Of a stretch of DNA of 64,000 bases, positions 18,141 through 27,034 are shown one piece after another. Under the pieces are notes generated by a model that was not told where the DNA came from, did not search any database, and was given only the letters and a program-made list of their open reading frames with translations. The DNA comes from a virus (lineage: Duplodnaviria; Caudoviricetes), in IMG/VR virus record IMGVR_UViG_3300033074_000614, positions 1 to 64,000 of that record, one strand, 5' to 3'. Position numbers and translations under genes: made by a program. Positions within the stretch are counted from its first letter, which is position 1, and every line of letters starts with the position of its first letter.

Positions 18141-18892
18141 TAAAGGTTCGCGTTGACATTTCCAAGGCAATCACCGTCCCGGCAGATTTGCGGGCGGCGA
18201 TGGCCGCGCAGGTCAATGGCACCGCGTCCGGTCCATTCGCCGACATGTTCAACCAATGGGCGAAGGTCTATGAGGTAGAGTGTCGTCGGCATTTCGTGCA
18301 GGCTGGCGCTGGCGGCGCAGACTGGGCACCTCTCGCGGTAAGCACGATCCTCAAACGCCGCGTCAAGGGCGGGGGAACCCGCAGGCAGGCACGCGGGGCA
18401 CTTGCAACCAAGTTACGCGGCTTGAAAGAGAAGTCGGCTGTACGGGCCACTGGCGCGGTTCGTGGAGAACGCCTAAAGAAGCAACTCGCCAACAATCTCA
18501 AGGCCAATCTGCACAATGAGCGGGTAGCGTCGAAGCGATCCGCGATAAAGAAAAAGATAGCGGCACTGACCAGCGCGGCGGGCACCACAATCCTCCGCGA
18601 TACCGGGGCATTGTTCAACGCTACCGCTATCGGCGGGCCGGGGAACCTGCTCCAACGTGGCCGTGCCTCAATCTCTTTCGGGTTCCAGTCGGTTCCCCAC
18701 AAAGGCCGGTCTAAATCGAAACCATCGCTTGCACGAATTGCCGCTTGGCATGATGCTGGCGGCGGCAACCTCCCGCGCCGTCGAATCCTGATCGACCCAA
18801 GCGCCCAAACGATCCGCACGTTCGAGACATTGGGCCGCAGGGCCGTCGATAAGGTGCTGGCACAGACCAGCGCAAAGAACGGGGGCCGCTGA
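18137..18892 (+). CDS. Phage virion morphogenesis protein (Mu gpG-like; module A)
   Basis: DWAPLAVSTI...ILRDTGALF...AAWHDAG...LPRRRIL. Confidence 0.8.
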   Translation: MIKVRVDISKAITVPADLRAAMAAQVNGTASGPFADMFNQWAKVYEVECRRHFVQAGAGGADWAPLAVSTILKRRVKGGGTRRQARGALATKLRGLKEKSAVRATGAVRGERLKKQLANNLKANLHNERVASKRSAIKKKIAALTSAAGTTILRDTGALFNATAIGGPGNLLQRGRASISFGFQSVPHKGRSKSKPSLARIAAWHDAGGGNLPRRRILIDPSAQTIRTFETLGRRAVDKVLAQTSAKNGGR

Positions 18893-19395
18893 TGCCGCAA
18901 AGCGACGACAACCCGTTCAAGGTCATTGAACGCGGGCTATGGACGCTGCTCGAAGCGAACGCCCAATTCGCGGACCTTGTGAAATTGCAGAACCGAATCA
19001 AATACAGCGTAACGGCTCAGCCTAATCCCGGCGCTGATGCCCGGCTCGATAGCGAACTCCCCGAAGTGTCGCTGCGGCCAAACGGTTGCAAGTGGTCGAA
19101 TCGTGGCAGCAACAGCACGGTGATCGACCAGACTTTTGCGATCGACGTTTTGACCGGCGACAAGCGCACAACGTGGTATTACTCGGATGTGAAATGGGCG
19201 TTGATTCAGGTTGTGGTGAAATCGCTGCGAACCTTGCCCAGTTGGTCGATGCCAACCGGCTGCACATTGCTCAAAGTCTGGTACGACGGGTCAACAGACG
19301 AGCTTGAAGCGGGCGAAGGCATCCGCGACGGCTGGACCATGCTCATGAATATCACCGTTTCCTTCCACATGAATGAAACAACGGCGGCTCCATAA
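18892..19395 (+). CDS. Putative tail completion/terminator protein (module A)
   Basis: Position before the tube gene; paralog at 55393 (shared LWxxLEA, PEVSxxP, TGDKRT, KWA, EGIRxGW). Confidence 0.6.
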   Translation: MPQSDDNPFKVIERGLWTLLEANAQFADLVKLQNRIKYSVTAQPNPGADARLDSELPEVSLRPNGCKWSNRGSNSTVIDQTFAIDVLTGDKRTTWYYSDVKWALIQVVVKSLRTLPSWSMPTGCTLLKVWYDGSTDELEAGEGIRDGWTMLMNITVSFHMNETTAAP

Positions 19396-19405
19396 GGGGA
19401 TTTAG

Positions 19406-20263
19406 ATGGCAACTATCAGCGGAAAAAACGGCGCGGTATCATCGGCTGGGACTGAATTGCAGTCCGTGACCGATTGGAAAGTCACGTACGACGCCTCAAA
19501 CGCTCGCGGCGTGGCGTCTGGCACGAGCGGCGGCACGATTACAACCGCAGGCGTGAAGGACTGGAAGGGTTCTTTCGGCGCTTATGGCAAGAATCCGCCA
19601 CTTGTGCCGGGTGCGTCCAGTGCTTTCATTGGCGACACCGGGGCATCGAAGGCAAGCGGCACGATATTCATGGCCTCGGCATCGCTGGCGATCGACTACG
19701 ACCAAGGCGCGTACCTGAAATGGGATTGTGCGTTTGAGGGCAGCGGGGCACTGACACTCGCAAGCACCACAAGCGAAGTTGATGCGGGCGCGCCCCTGTT
19801 CTTTACCGCATTGGGCGGGAAACTTCGCTGGCAACCGATCGTTAGCGGCACACTTGGCACGTTGGCTGACCTGCCGACCTGCAAAGAGGCGAGTTTCGGC
19901 ATGACCTGCAAGATTGAGGCGTACACCGAGAAGGGCGTAAGCGTTCGGTCGAAGCTGGCGAGCCACCCGGACTTCAGTGCAAGTTGCACGATTCTTGACG
20001 CGGCACTGGGCGCGGTATCGGCGGCGGGAACCAACTACGAACCCGGCACTCAGGGCGTTTTGCATATCTACGTGAACGCTACAGAGTTTTTCAGCATGAG
20101 CTACATGACCGTCAAATCGGTTGAGCCATACTGCGATATTGAAACAGGCGCGATCGTCGGCCAGACCGTCAACTTTGAATGGTCAGCCTATGCCGTTATC
20201 AGTGCAACTCAAACCAAAGGCTCGATTATCGCGCCTTCAACAACCGTTCTATGGGGCAGCTAA
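19406..20263 (+). CDS. Putative major tail tube protein (module A)
   Basis: MATISGKNGAV...WKV...GVKDWKGSF pattern; beta-rich, 285 aa. Confidence 0.7.
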   Translation: MATISGKNGAVSSAGTELQSVTDWKVTYDASNARGVASGTSGGTITTAGVKDWKGSFGAYGKNPPLVPGASSAFIGDTGASKASGTIFMASASLAIDYDQGAYLKWDCAFEGSGALTLASTTSEVDAGAPLFFTALGGKLRWQPIVSGTLGTLADLPTCKEASFGMTCKIEAYTEKGVSVRSKLASHPDFSASCTILDAALGAVSAAGTNYEPGTQGVLHIYVNATEFFSMSYMTVKSVEPYCDIETGAIVGQTVNFEWSAYAVISATQTKGSIIAPSTTVLWGS

Positions 20264-20407
20264 TTAGCAGACGCGGTAGTAGACGACGCAAGCGATGATT
20301 ACAAACACCAACATCCCGGCGACGATCAAGACTGAACGAACGCTGTCCTTGCGCCGCTTGGTTGTATCCGCTTTCGACAACGCATCTTCAATATCTTTGG
20401 TACTCAT
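20264..20407 (-). CDS. Small C-terminal-TM membrane protein (antisense moron)
   Basis: MSTKDIEDALSKADTTKRRKDSVRSVLIVAGMLVFVIIACVVYYRVC. Confidence 0.55.
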   Translation of the reverse strand: MSTKDIEDALSKADTTKRRKDSVRSVLIVAGMLVFVIIACVVYYRVC

Positions 20408-20445
20408 AGCGGCAATTCTATGCCCCGGCGAAATGGGGGCGTTCA

Positions 20446-21405
20446 ATGGCTGATGGCCGCACAAAAATCACGTTTGAGGCAGACCCGAAACCAGCGGTAG
20501 ACGCCTCGAAAAAGGTAGAAGATTCGCTTAAAAAGGTGGACAAATCCGGCGGCGGCAAGACCGTCGGCGAGCAATTCCAGCAATCAACCGGCAAGATTCT
20601 CGGCGTGGCAGGGGCAGTCGGCGCGGTAGTCGCCGCATTGTCGAAAGCCTACGACGGGATCAAGAATTTCACCAATGCTGCGGGCAAGCTGAATAGCGAA
20701 CTCAAGGAAATCGGCGATGCTCAGCGGATCAACACCACCGAAGGATTGACCGGACAGCAACAGGCGATTGTCAACGCCAACAAAATAGCGGAGCAACAGA
20801 AGGCCGCGTTGCAGTTGAAGATCGAAGAACGAAACCTGATCGAAGATGCTGTTGCTGCATCGACCGGATACGCCGAAGATCAGTTGAAACTTCAGCAGAT
20901 TGAAACAGAGCGGCTTAGTGCATTGGAACAGATCGAAGTCCGCGAGCGGAATATAGCGGACTTCAAAAAGAAACAGGTTGAGGATGAGCGTCGGGCGTTG
21001 GTGTTCAAAAACGAAGGGATGCGGGCAAGCCTTCAGGGTGAGGAAGCCAAGACTCGTTTCGATAACGAAATGAAGCTGCTGGAAATTCTGCGCCAATCTT
21101 TCGCCGAGATGGATGCCACCAAAAAGCAACTTCTACGCGAGCAATATGACCTTCAGCTTGAACTCAATAACAAAGAAGCGATGGATCGTTGGGAGAAATG
21201 GGCCGACGAACAGAAAAAGAAAAAGGAACAGGCCCAGAAAGATATTGACGACCTGCACAAACGAGAAATGGAAAACCAAGCCAAACTCCAGAACCAACGA
21301 ATGAAAGACCTTGCGGAATTGCTCGGCTCGGACACCAACCAACTCGGAGATATTACCTCATTCGGGCGCGGTGCAGCTCACATCATGCGCGGGGGTGAAC
21401 GCTAA
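20446..21405 (+). CDS. Short tape-measure-like coiled-coil protein (module A)
   Basis: MADGRTKITFEAD N-terminus, GVAGAVGAVVAAL hydrophobic helix, long K/E/Q-rich helical body; follows tube gene. Confidence 0.6.
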   Translation: MADGRTKITFEADPKPAVDASKKVEDSLKKVDKSGGGKTVGEQFQQSTGKILGVAGAVGAVVAALSKAYDGIKNFTNAAGKLNSELKEIGDAQRINTTEGLTGQQQAIVNANKIAEQQKAALQLKIEERNLIEDAVAASTGYAEDQLKLQQIETERLSALEQIEVRERNIADFKKKQVEDERRALVFKNEGMRASLQGEEAKTRFDNEMKLLEILRQSFAEMDATKKQLLREQYDLQLELNNKEAMDRWEKWADEQKKKKEQAQKDIDDLHKREMENQAKLQNQRMKDLAELLGSDTNQLGDITSFGRGAAHIMRGGER

Positions 21406-22274
21406 TGGCCGATCCCGTTGTCACAATGGAGGCTTTCGGCGGACTTCCCTCGAAGGATGCGAACGGTTCGGGACTCACCCCAATCGTCTGGCTTGTCACC
21501 GGCGTAGTCGGCGGCGATAACCCGCTGGAAGCAATGGGCGTTCCTAAGCGCGGGAACATCATCACCCTGTTTGGCACGGCTTACACCTGCGACAAGGTTG
21601 ATACGCCGCAACAGATCAACGATAACGCCTATCGCGTGCAAACTTGGTTCTCGACCGATGGCCGCTGGGACGTTTTGACCCCGCCAAAACTGGGCGACGA
21701 CGAGCGAAACTTCCAACTCGGCTACAAGAAAGTCACCATTTCCGCGCCCACATTCCGCAAGACAATCGAGAAAGCGATCCAACCCGAAGGCGGAGCGGCG
21801 ATTGATAAGGTGAAATGGGAGCGCGAGGATAAAGAGTTTCCGATCGAATGGCGCACGCTCTCAATCAACGTGGTAGTCGAAGCGACGACTGATCAGCAAA
21901 TCTTGGCGATTATCTCGGCTACCGAATTGCAAGAGAACCACATCCACATTTTCCCATACAATCCGACAAAGTTGTGGAGGATGCTGACTTGCGAGATTCA
22001 GCGACGCGGCGATAAGGTAAGTATTGGGTACACATGGGAATCTGACCCCGGCAATGGGCCGATCAAGATTCCAAACCTTGACGGCGTGACTGACGCCGAT
22101 ATGGTGTATCCAACCGTCTCCCGCGCACCGTTCACGGTCTATCACGTTATGAGTCCGCTCGCTACGGACCCGGACAAGAAGCCGCGAATCTGGCACGTTG
22201 AATTGTTCCCAACTGCAAACAATCCGTACTACACGCCAAACGGCTGGCAGAACCTACCGGGGACGCCAATCTAA
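21405..22274 (+). CDS. Tail-region protein (module A); paralog of 58271..59131
   Basis: Shared blocks FSTDGRW, EWRTLSI, YTWESDPGNGP, KKPRIW, NNPxYTPNG. Confidence 0.75.
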   Translation: MADPVVTMEAFGGLPSKDANGSGLTPIVWLVTGVVGGDNPLEAMGVPKRGNIITLFGTAYTCDKVDTPQQINDNAYRVQTWFSTDGRWDVLTPPKLGDDERNFQLGYKKVTISAPTFRKTIEKAIQPEGGAAIDKVKWEREDKEFPIEWRTLSINVVVEATTDQQILAIISATELQENHIHIFPYNPTKLWRMLTCEIQRRGDKVSIGYTWESDPGNGPIKIPNLDGVTDADMVYPTVSRAPFTVYHVMSPLATDPDKKPRIWHVELFPTANNPYYTPNGWQNLPGTPI

Positions 22275-22591
22275 TGCCTTCACAAGCCCCAACTTCGCTC
22301 GTATCGACACCGGCGGCGTTCGACCCGCCGAAGTTCGCTCAGGTCTACGGCTCTCGCGGATCGCCTGATTTCCGCCAGAACTTGCGGTTTGATATTCGCG
22401 TGACTTTTTGGAGTGGGCGGCAGCAGGAATACCCGGATATGAAAACCGCAACGATTCCCCCCGCCGAATACGCCGACGTGCATTTCATCGGCGCGGGTCC
22501 GGGGCAGGGAGTCGGCATCGGCTACGTTGGGGACGATATGGTCTTCTATGTCCCTATCTGGCCCAAATTGACGGAGTGTGAAGGCCAATGA
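22274..22591 (+). CDS. Tail-region protein; paralog of 59131..59445
   Basis: TFWSGxQQ, PPxEYxD, GYxGD, LTxCEGQ shared. Confidence 0.7.
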   Translation: MPSQAPTSLVSTPAAFDPPKFAQVYGSRGSPDFRQNLRFDIRVTFWSGRQQEYPDMKTATIPPAEYADVHFIGAGPGQGVGIGYVGDDMVFYVPIWPKLTECEGQ

Positions 22592-22899
22592 ATCTACCGA
22601 TGCACACATTACAATCGCTTACGGCAAGCGTGCGGACGGTCTGGGAGGCTCCCGAATCCGGCTCATGCGTGATTCAAGCTGACTCGCCGGTAACGTGGCC
22701 TGCCTCGCTTGTGCTTGACGTGCAAACCGGGGCGAACGGGCATGATTTTTACTACCCTGCGGGCTTTACAAGTCTGCAATTTTCAGCAAACGGACGGTGT
22801 AGCCCGTTCATGGTTCGCAAAGGTGAACTAATATCGGTGTCTGTCAACACGGTTTCGGCAACGGATGCGCTCATAGAGCTTACTCCGTCCATCGGATAA
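22588..22899 (+). CDS. Tail-region protein; paralog of 59442..59753
   Basis: TWPxxLVLDV, YPAGFTSLQFSA, TPSI shared. Confidence 0.7.
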   Translation: MNLPMHTLQSLTASVRTVWEAPESGSCVIQADSPVTWPASLVLDVQTGANGHDFYYPAGFTSLQFSANGRCSPFMVRKGELISVSVNTVSATDALIELTPSIG

Positions 22900-22909
22900 G
22901 GGGCTTTCA

Positions 22910-23782
22910 ATGGCGAATAAATGGTTTTTGGCACTCTCTGGCGACACGAACGATACAAACAACTGGGCCACCACAATGGACGGCGCGGGCGGCACAGGCA
23001 CACCTGTTGACGGCGATGCCGTTTTCTTCTACAAGGGCGTCCAGAATATCACAGCCTTCGACCATTCCGCGATTGAATTGCTCTCGCTGAACTTCCTCGG
23101 CGGATTTGGCTACCCGGCTGGACAGGAAAACCCCGTTTTCGGTCTTCGGGTTGGCGATGCCGATGGCACGCCGCTCAAGTGGGACGCCACCACGCTCAAT
23201 ATCGACAACATGATCTATCAGAATTGGTACCTGCACGGTGAATTTACCACCGTCAACGTTCGCAACTTTGCGGTAGGCGGCAACCTCTACCTGCAGGGGG
23301 CGGGGGTCGTCACGCTGAACGCTGGCACCAACGGCACGGCTCATATGGCGGTCAATTCGCCAATCACCACCATCGAATCGTCCGGCATGGGCGTCAAGTT
23401 GGGAACATCAACCAGCAACCCCGGCCTTATGTGCTATCTCTCGCAAGGCGCGGTCGTCGAATCGCGGCGACAGGTACTCGGCGGCGTGATCGGCGGCAAC
23501 CTGATTCTGCGCGACGAGGCAACAGTACCGGCATCGGGCAACTTCACGATCGCAAACGGCGGAACAATGGACTGCCGACAGACCGGCGCGATCGGCGCAA
23601 GTGCAAACGATGGAACGATCCGAATTGAGAAGGGCGGCACGTTCACCTGTGAACGGGCTAAGACCAATTTCACGGTCAACACCACAATCAAGCGGCACGT
23701 TGGTAGCAACTATCGCGTTCCATCGACTATCACCGTTGCGGGCACGATCACTGACGTTGGCTTGGTTGGGGTTGGCGTGTGA
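22910..23782 (+). CDS. Beta-rich tail protein (module A); paralog of 59766..60986
   Basis: MANKxF, NPVFGLR, GxNLYLQG, AGTNGT, ESxR shared. Confidence 0.7.
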   Translation: MANKWFLALSGDTNDTNNWATTMDGAGGTGTPVDGDAVFFYKGVQNITAFDHSAIELLSLNFLGGFGYPAGQENPVFGLRVGDADGTPLKWDATTLNIDNMIYQNWYLHGEFTTVNVRNFAVGGNLYLQGAGVVTLNAGTNGTAHMAVNSPITTIESSGMGVKLGTSTSNPGLMCYLSQGAVVESRRQVLGGVIGGNLILRDEATVPASGNFTIANGGTMDCRQTGAIGASANDGTIRIEKGGTFTCERAKTNFTVNTTIKRHVGSNYRVPSTITVAGTITDVGLVGVGV

Positions 23783-25086
23783 ACCCGCTAAAGTTGGCGA
23801 ATGGTCTGGTTAAGGTAGGGCACGCGCTCGCCAAGGCCACCGCTGCCTGCATCGCGCGGTGTTGCCGACGTTGCCCCGGTCCAGTCCTGCGCCGCAAGTG
23901 CGATAGGTACTGCCCTGACACCACTACCGCCTACGGGTTCTACCGAATTGACCTAGACGCGCTGATTGCGCCGGGCGGTATCACTTGGCGGCAATGGATC
24001 GCGGATAACGACGCGGCTCTTACGCCGTGTAGGTTGATTCAATTCGGAACCGATCCCGAAAACTGCTACGTCCTCGACCGCAACTGCTCGCGGTGCTTTT
24101 GGTCAGGCTGCAATTACTCGCTCGACATTCCATCGCTGCCGGTTGTGCCGACAACGTGGGCCAACCCGCGCCTAGCGACCTGCGACGATTGCATTCTCTG
24201 CCAAGAGTGCTGCGCGTCGATGGTGTGGCGCGATTGTTCCGGCATGGATCGGTGTTATGAGTGTGGTTCAAACTATCGCCTCACGACTTCGATGGAATTG
24301 CGCTCGACCTATCAGACGTGGGGCCGCACATCGCTCGGCCAGATTCATCTCGCATACGACGAGACGATCGACAAATCAATCACTCAGGAAACCGAGTGGC
24401 TATGCGTTGATACCGACCCGGTGACGGGCCGCTGCAATACCTCGACCATGCGGGATACATACACCGCCAACTGGAATACGCACGCGCGGTTTACTACCTC
24501 GACGCCGGGCGGCGCGGGGCAACCGCCAATTCTCACCTATCACGATATTGACGGAGCGATAGCGAATCCCCCGGCCGTGACACCAACCGCCTGCGGTCAG
24601 ATTCTTCGCTTCTGGCAGTTGATCGAGACGCCGTACATCGGGACACCACCCGCGCTTTCGGCGTTGACGACCCCCGCTCAGGTTGCTCTCATGCCGGTTC
24701 GCGGCGGCGGAACCATCCCCAACACCACGCCATACCTGCCTATGCGGGCGAATTGTGCGGGGTCGATCTACATTCCAACCTTCTTCCCGGCATCAACCAC
24801 CCTAAGCACGGAGGAACGCCGTACGTGGGCCGTGACCTTCAACGGGTCCAGCGGCTCAGTCACCTACACCTACGACCGCAAGACCTACGCATGGCCTTCA
24901 GGTCAACAGCCATATCTGGCCTCTCACAACGTCGCCACGATGACCCGCTCGTTTCAATTCCACCGCATTGCCCGTTGTGCGCCCGATGCCCCGCTCGGCT
25001 GCGATGACCTTGACCGGCGCAAGCGGGGCGATGCTGGCGGGATCGGCAACGGGGCGAGAGACGCGGGGGGCATCATTGGCGGATAA
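23779..25086 (+). CDS. Cys-rich putative receptor-binding/distal tail protein (module A)
   Basis: Last large gene of the tail cluster; N-terminus KVGHALAKATAACIARCC shared with 60986..62170; about 25 Cys by hand count. Confidence 0.55.
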   Translation: MNPLKLANGLVKVGHALAKATAACIARCCRRCPGPVLRRKCDRYCPDTTTAYGFYRIDLDALIAPGGITWRQWIADNDAALTPCRLIQFGTDPENCYVLDRNCSRCFWSGCNYSLDIPSLPVVPTTWANPRLATCDDCILCQECCASMVWRDCSGMDRCYECGSNYRLTTSMELRSTYQTWGRTSLGQIHLAYDETIDKSITQETEWLCVDTDPVTGRCNTSTMRDTYTANWNTHARFTTSTPGGAGQPPILTYHDIDGAIANPPAVTPTACGQILRFWQLIETPYIGTPPALSALTTPAQVALMPVRGGGTIPNTTPYLPMRANCAGSIYIPTFFPASTTLSTEERRTWAVTFNGSSGSVTYTYDRKTYAWPSGQQPYLASHNVATMTRSFQFHRIARCAPDAPLGCDDLDRRKRGDAGGIGNGARDAGGIIGG

Positions 25087-25435
25087 CTGTTGTAATGGCG
25101 ATTGTTCACTTGACCAGCGGGAAGTCGCTGCAATGTGCTACGCCTGTGCCGACTCAGAAACGGGCATGGTCGATGGCGTGAAAGTTACAGCCTGCACAAT
25201 TGACCGGATGGAAGTGAGCGGTCGAAAGACCTGCCCGCGCGATAAGTTCCGGGAAGGCACAGGATTAACCCAAAGCCTCGGCCTGACGTGCTACCGCGTT
25301 CCGATGGATACAAGGCTTTGGATATGGCTACGCCACCCGGCCCATCCACACCCGTCTAGCTTTCGAGGTTGTGGCTGCTGGAAGTGGGCGCGGGATTTGT
25401 GGGAGCGGGCGGCTTCATCGTCACAAGTCCAGTAA
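25076..25435 (+). CDS. Small Cys-rich protein; paralog of 62171..62554
   Basis: TTG start proposed at 25076; CTID, CPxxKF, SLG, HPxP, CGC, RDxW shared. Confidence 0.7.
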   Translation: MADNCCNGDCSLDQREVAAMCYACADSETGMVDGVKVTACTIDRMEVSGRKTCPRDKFREGTGLTQSLGLTCYRVPMDTRLWIWLRHPAHPHPSSFRGCGCWKWARDLWERAASSSQVQ

Positions 25436-25604
25436 GCGTGAACTGGTATTCGTGCGGACCACAATCGTGCGTGCGTTGAATCAGCATTTCGCCGCGATAG
25501 TAATCGAACTGGTCAAACGGTCCATCGTGGGTAGTCGTCACCGTTCCCATTAACTTAGGTTTCGGCGGCGGATTACATTCCTGACACTTGCAGTTTTTGC
25601 ACAT
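25356..25604 (-). CDS. Hypothetical protein with N-terminal CxxCxCxxC
   Basis: GAGGA RBS; last gene of the leftward operon; overlaps the convergent module-A gene by 80 bp. Confidence 0.5.
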   Translation of the reverse strand: MCKNCKCQECNPPPKPKLMGTVTTTHDGPFDQFDYYRGEMLIQRTHDCGPHEYQFTLTGLVTMKPPAPTNPAPTSSSHNLES

Positions 25605-25613
25605 ATTAATTCC

Positions 25614-25871
25614 TCAAGGGCTGCTGGGATCAAGCAGGCCCACGATCGCGGCCTTCTGCGAAGCGAGAAGGGGCGCAGGTGGTGAGAATCGTAAGCGTCC
25701 CTTGGCGGGTATGCCCTCAACAAAACCAGCGTGTTCGTTGAAGTCAAACTCGATTCCGGCTATGTCCATGATGCGTTTGAGTCTTTCCGCGTCGTCTTTG
25801 GTCATGTTGATAATGATCGAAAAACGATCTTTCTTGGAATCGTAACCCATGCCGCTAAATTCGTTTTCCAT
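25614..25871 (-). CDS. Hypothetical protein
   Basis: GAGGTG RBS; part of the leftward operon. Confidence 0.65.
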   Translation of the reverse strand: MENEFSGMGYDSKKDRFSIIINMTKDDAERLKRIMDIAGIEFDFNEHAGFVEGIPAKGRLRFSPPAPLLASQKAAIVGLLDPSSP

Positions 25872-25937
25872 GATTCACCTCTGAACTTGCTTAAGCGGAC
25901 TCGGCGCGAGGGTGGTAATAGGTTTGGCGTTTCATCG

Positions 25938-26249
25938 TTATCGCCTTGGTGCCTGAAATATCGGCCCGCTTCCACCAATCGACGTTAGATTCTCGACCAT
26001 CGAATCCGATTCGATAATGATCGTCGCGCCGGGGAACGCTTTCAGGTCTACCACCTTGCCGCTGATTCGCACGGTTCCACCAGTCACCACAAGAGACGTA
26101 ACGGTAGTTCTAGGCATTTCAATGTGTCCGCCTTTGAATACTGGATTCGGCGTAGGCGTTGGTTCTGCCTTCGCTTGCTTGCCCCACGGCAGCGCAAACG
26201 CCGCTGCTACTGCGGAGAGGGATTGGAGAAATGTGCGGCGCGTATTCAT
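25938..26249 (-). CDS. Protein with twin-arginine (Tat)-like signal peptide
   Basis: MNTRRTFLQSLSAVAAAFALPWGKQAKA: T-R-R-x-F-L motif, h-region, AxA end; GAGG RBS. Confidence 0.6.
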   Translation of the reverse strand: MNTRRTFLQSLSAVAAAFALPWGKQAKAEPTPTPNPVFKGGHIEMPRTTVTSLVVTGGTVRISGKVVDLKAFPGATIIIESDSMVENLTSIGGSGPIFQAPRR

Positions 26250-26521
26250 TGTGCCTCGACTTTCTTTACGATCCAATACCCGCCACTAGACGGTTCGCCT
26301 GCCGCGCGGACATACTCAAGTGCTGCCCATAGCGGACCCTTGAAAGCGTAGACCGTCGCGTTATTCGAGTGGGCGACGGTGTGGAGTTCCATGCGGGATT
26401 CTACTTCGCAACCGGCTTGCACAACGTCTGAAAGCGCGTCGTTACTGCGCTCAAGCAACTTGTGTATCGGTAGGTCGCCCCACTCTCCGAGAAGTAATTT
26501 AGCTTTTTCGTACACGCTCAT
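26246..26521 (-). CDS. Hypothetical protein
   Basis: 4-nt overlaps with both neighbours. Confidence 0.6.
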   Translation of the reverse strand: MSVYEKAKLLLGEWGDLPIHKLLERSNDALSDVVQAGCEVESRMELHTVAHSNNATVYAFKGPLWAALEYVRAAGEPSSGGYWIVKKVEAQ

Positions 26522-26661
26522 TTATCGCACCTCACCTTTCTCAACAACTCCGCAAACACCTCATGCCCGTGAGTAGCAAGCCACGATTCAAACTTACCCC
26601 GCTCGTGTGGGTCTTTGCTGTCGCGCAGGCGGGCCATTTCTTTGATTTGGTCGGTGGTCAT
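26518..26661 (-). CDS. Small hypothetical protein
   Basis: AAGGTGG RBS; MTTDQIKEMARLRDSKDP... Confidence 0.55.
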   Translation of the reverse strand: MTTDQIKEMARLRDSKDPHERGKFESWLATHGHEVFAELLRKVRCDK

Positions 26662-26779
26662 TGTGACACCACCTTGATAATTACGCCGACGACAGCGAAC
26701 GCCATAAGTATTGCAAACGCGCACGCTATAACCGTAATTGCAAAACACGCTATCGAAAAACACAAGTCGTCAAACTTTT

Positions 26780-27034
26780 TCATTCCACTTCCTCCAAACA
26801 ACTTTCTACTCGGCTTACCCAGTGGGCTTCGGCTGCGAGTTTGGCGAGTTCAATATTCTCACACTTTCCACGGCCTACCACCCGTCCAAACGATAGACCC
26901 TCCCACGAATACCCATAGTCACCAACGGTTAAGGCGACTTTGTATATTCCGATTTCCGTTGTGGCGACGATCCCCGCATCGTGTTGGTTGTCACCCCACA
27001 CCAATTTCCGAATCCGATAGAGTTTGTCGCTCAT
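26780..27034 (-). CDS. Hypothetical protein
   Basis: MSDKLYRIRKLVW...; coupled to the upstream gene stop. Confidence 0.6.
   Translation of the reverse strand: MSDKLYRIRKLVWGDNQHDAGIVATTEIGIYKVALTVGDYGYSWEGLSFGRVVGRGKCENIELAKLAAEAHWVSRVESCLEEVE

Noticed and set aside
18892-25435. Mu-like contractile tail or Mu-type transposition despite Mu-like head genes
   Set aside because: No sheath, baseplate, transposase A/B or invertase genes recognisable; replication is initiator/loader type.
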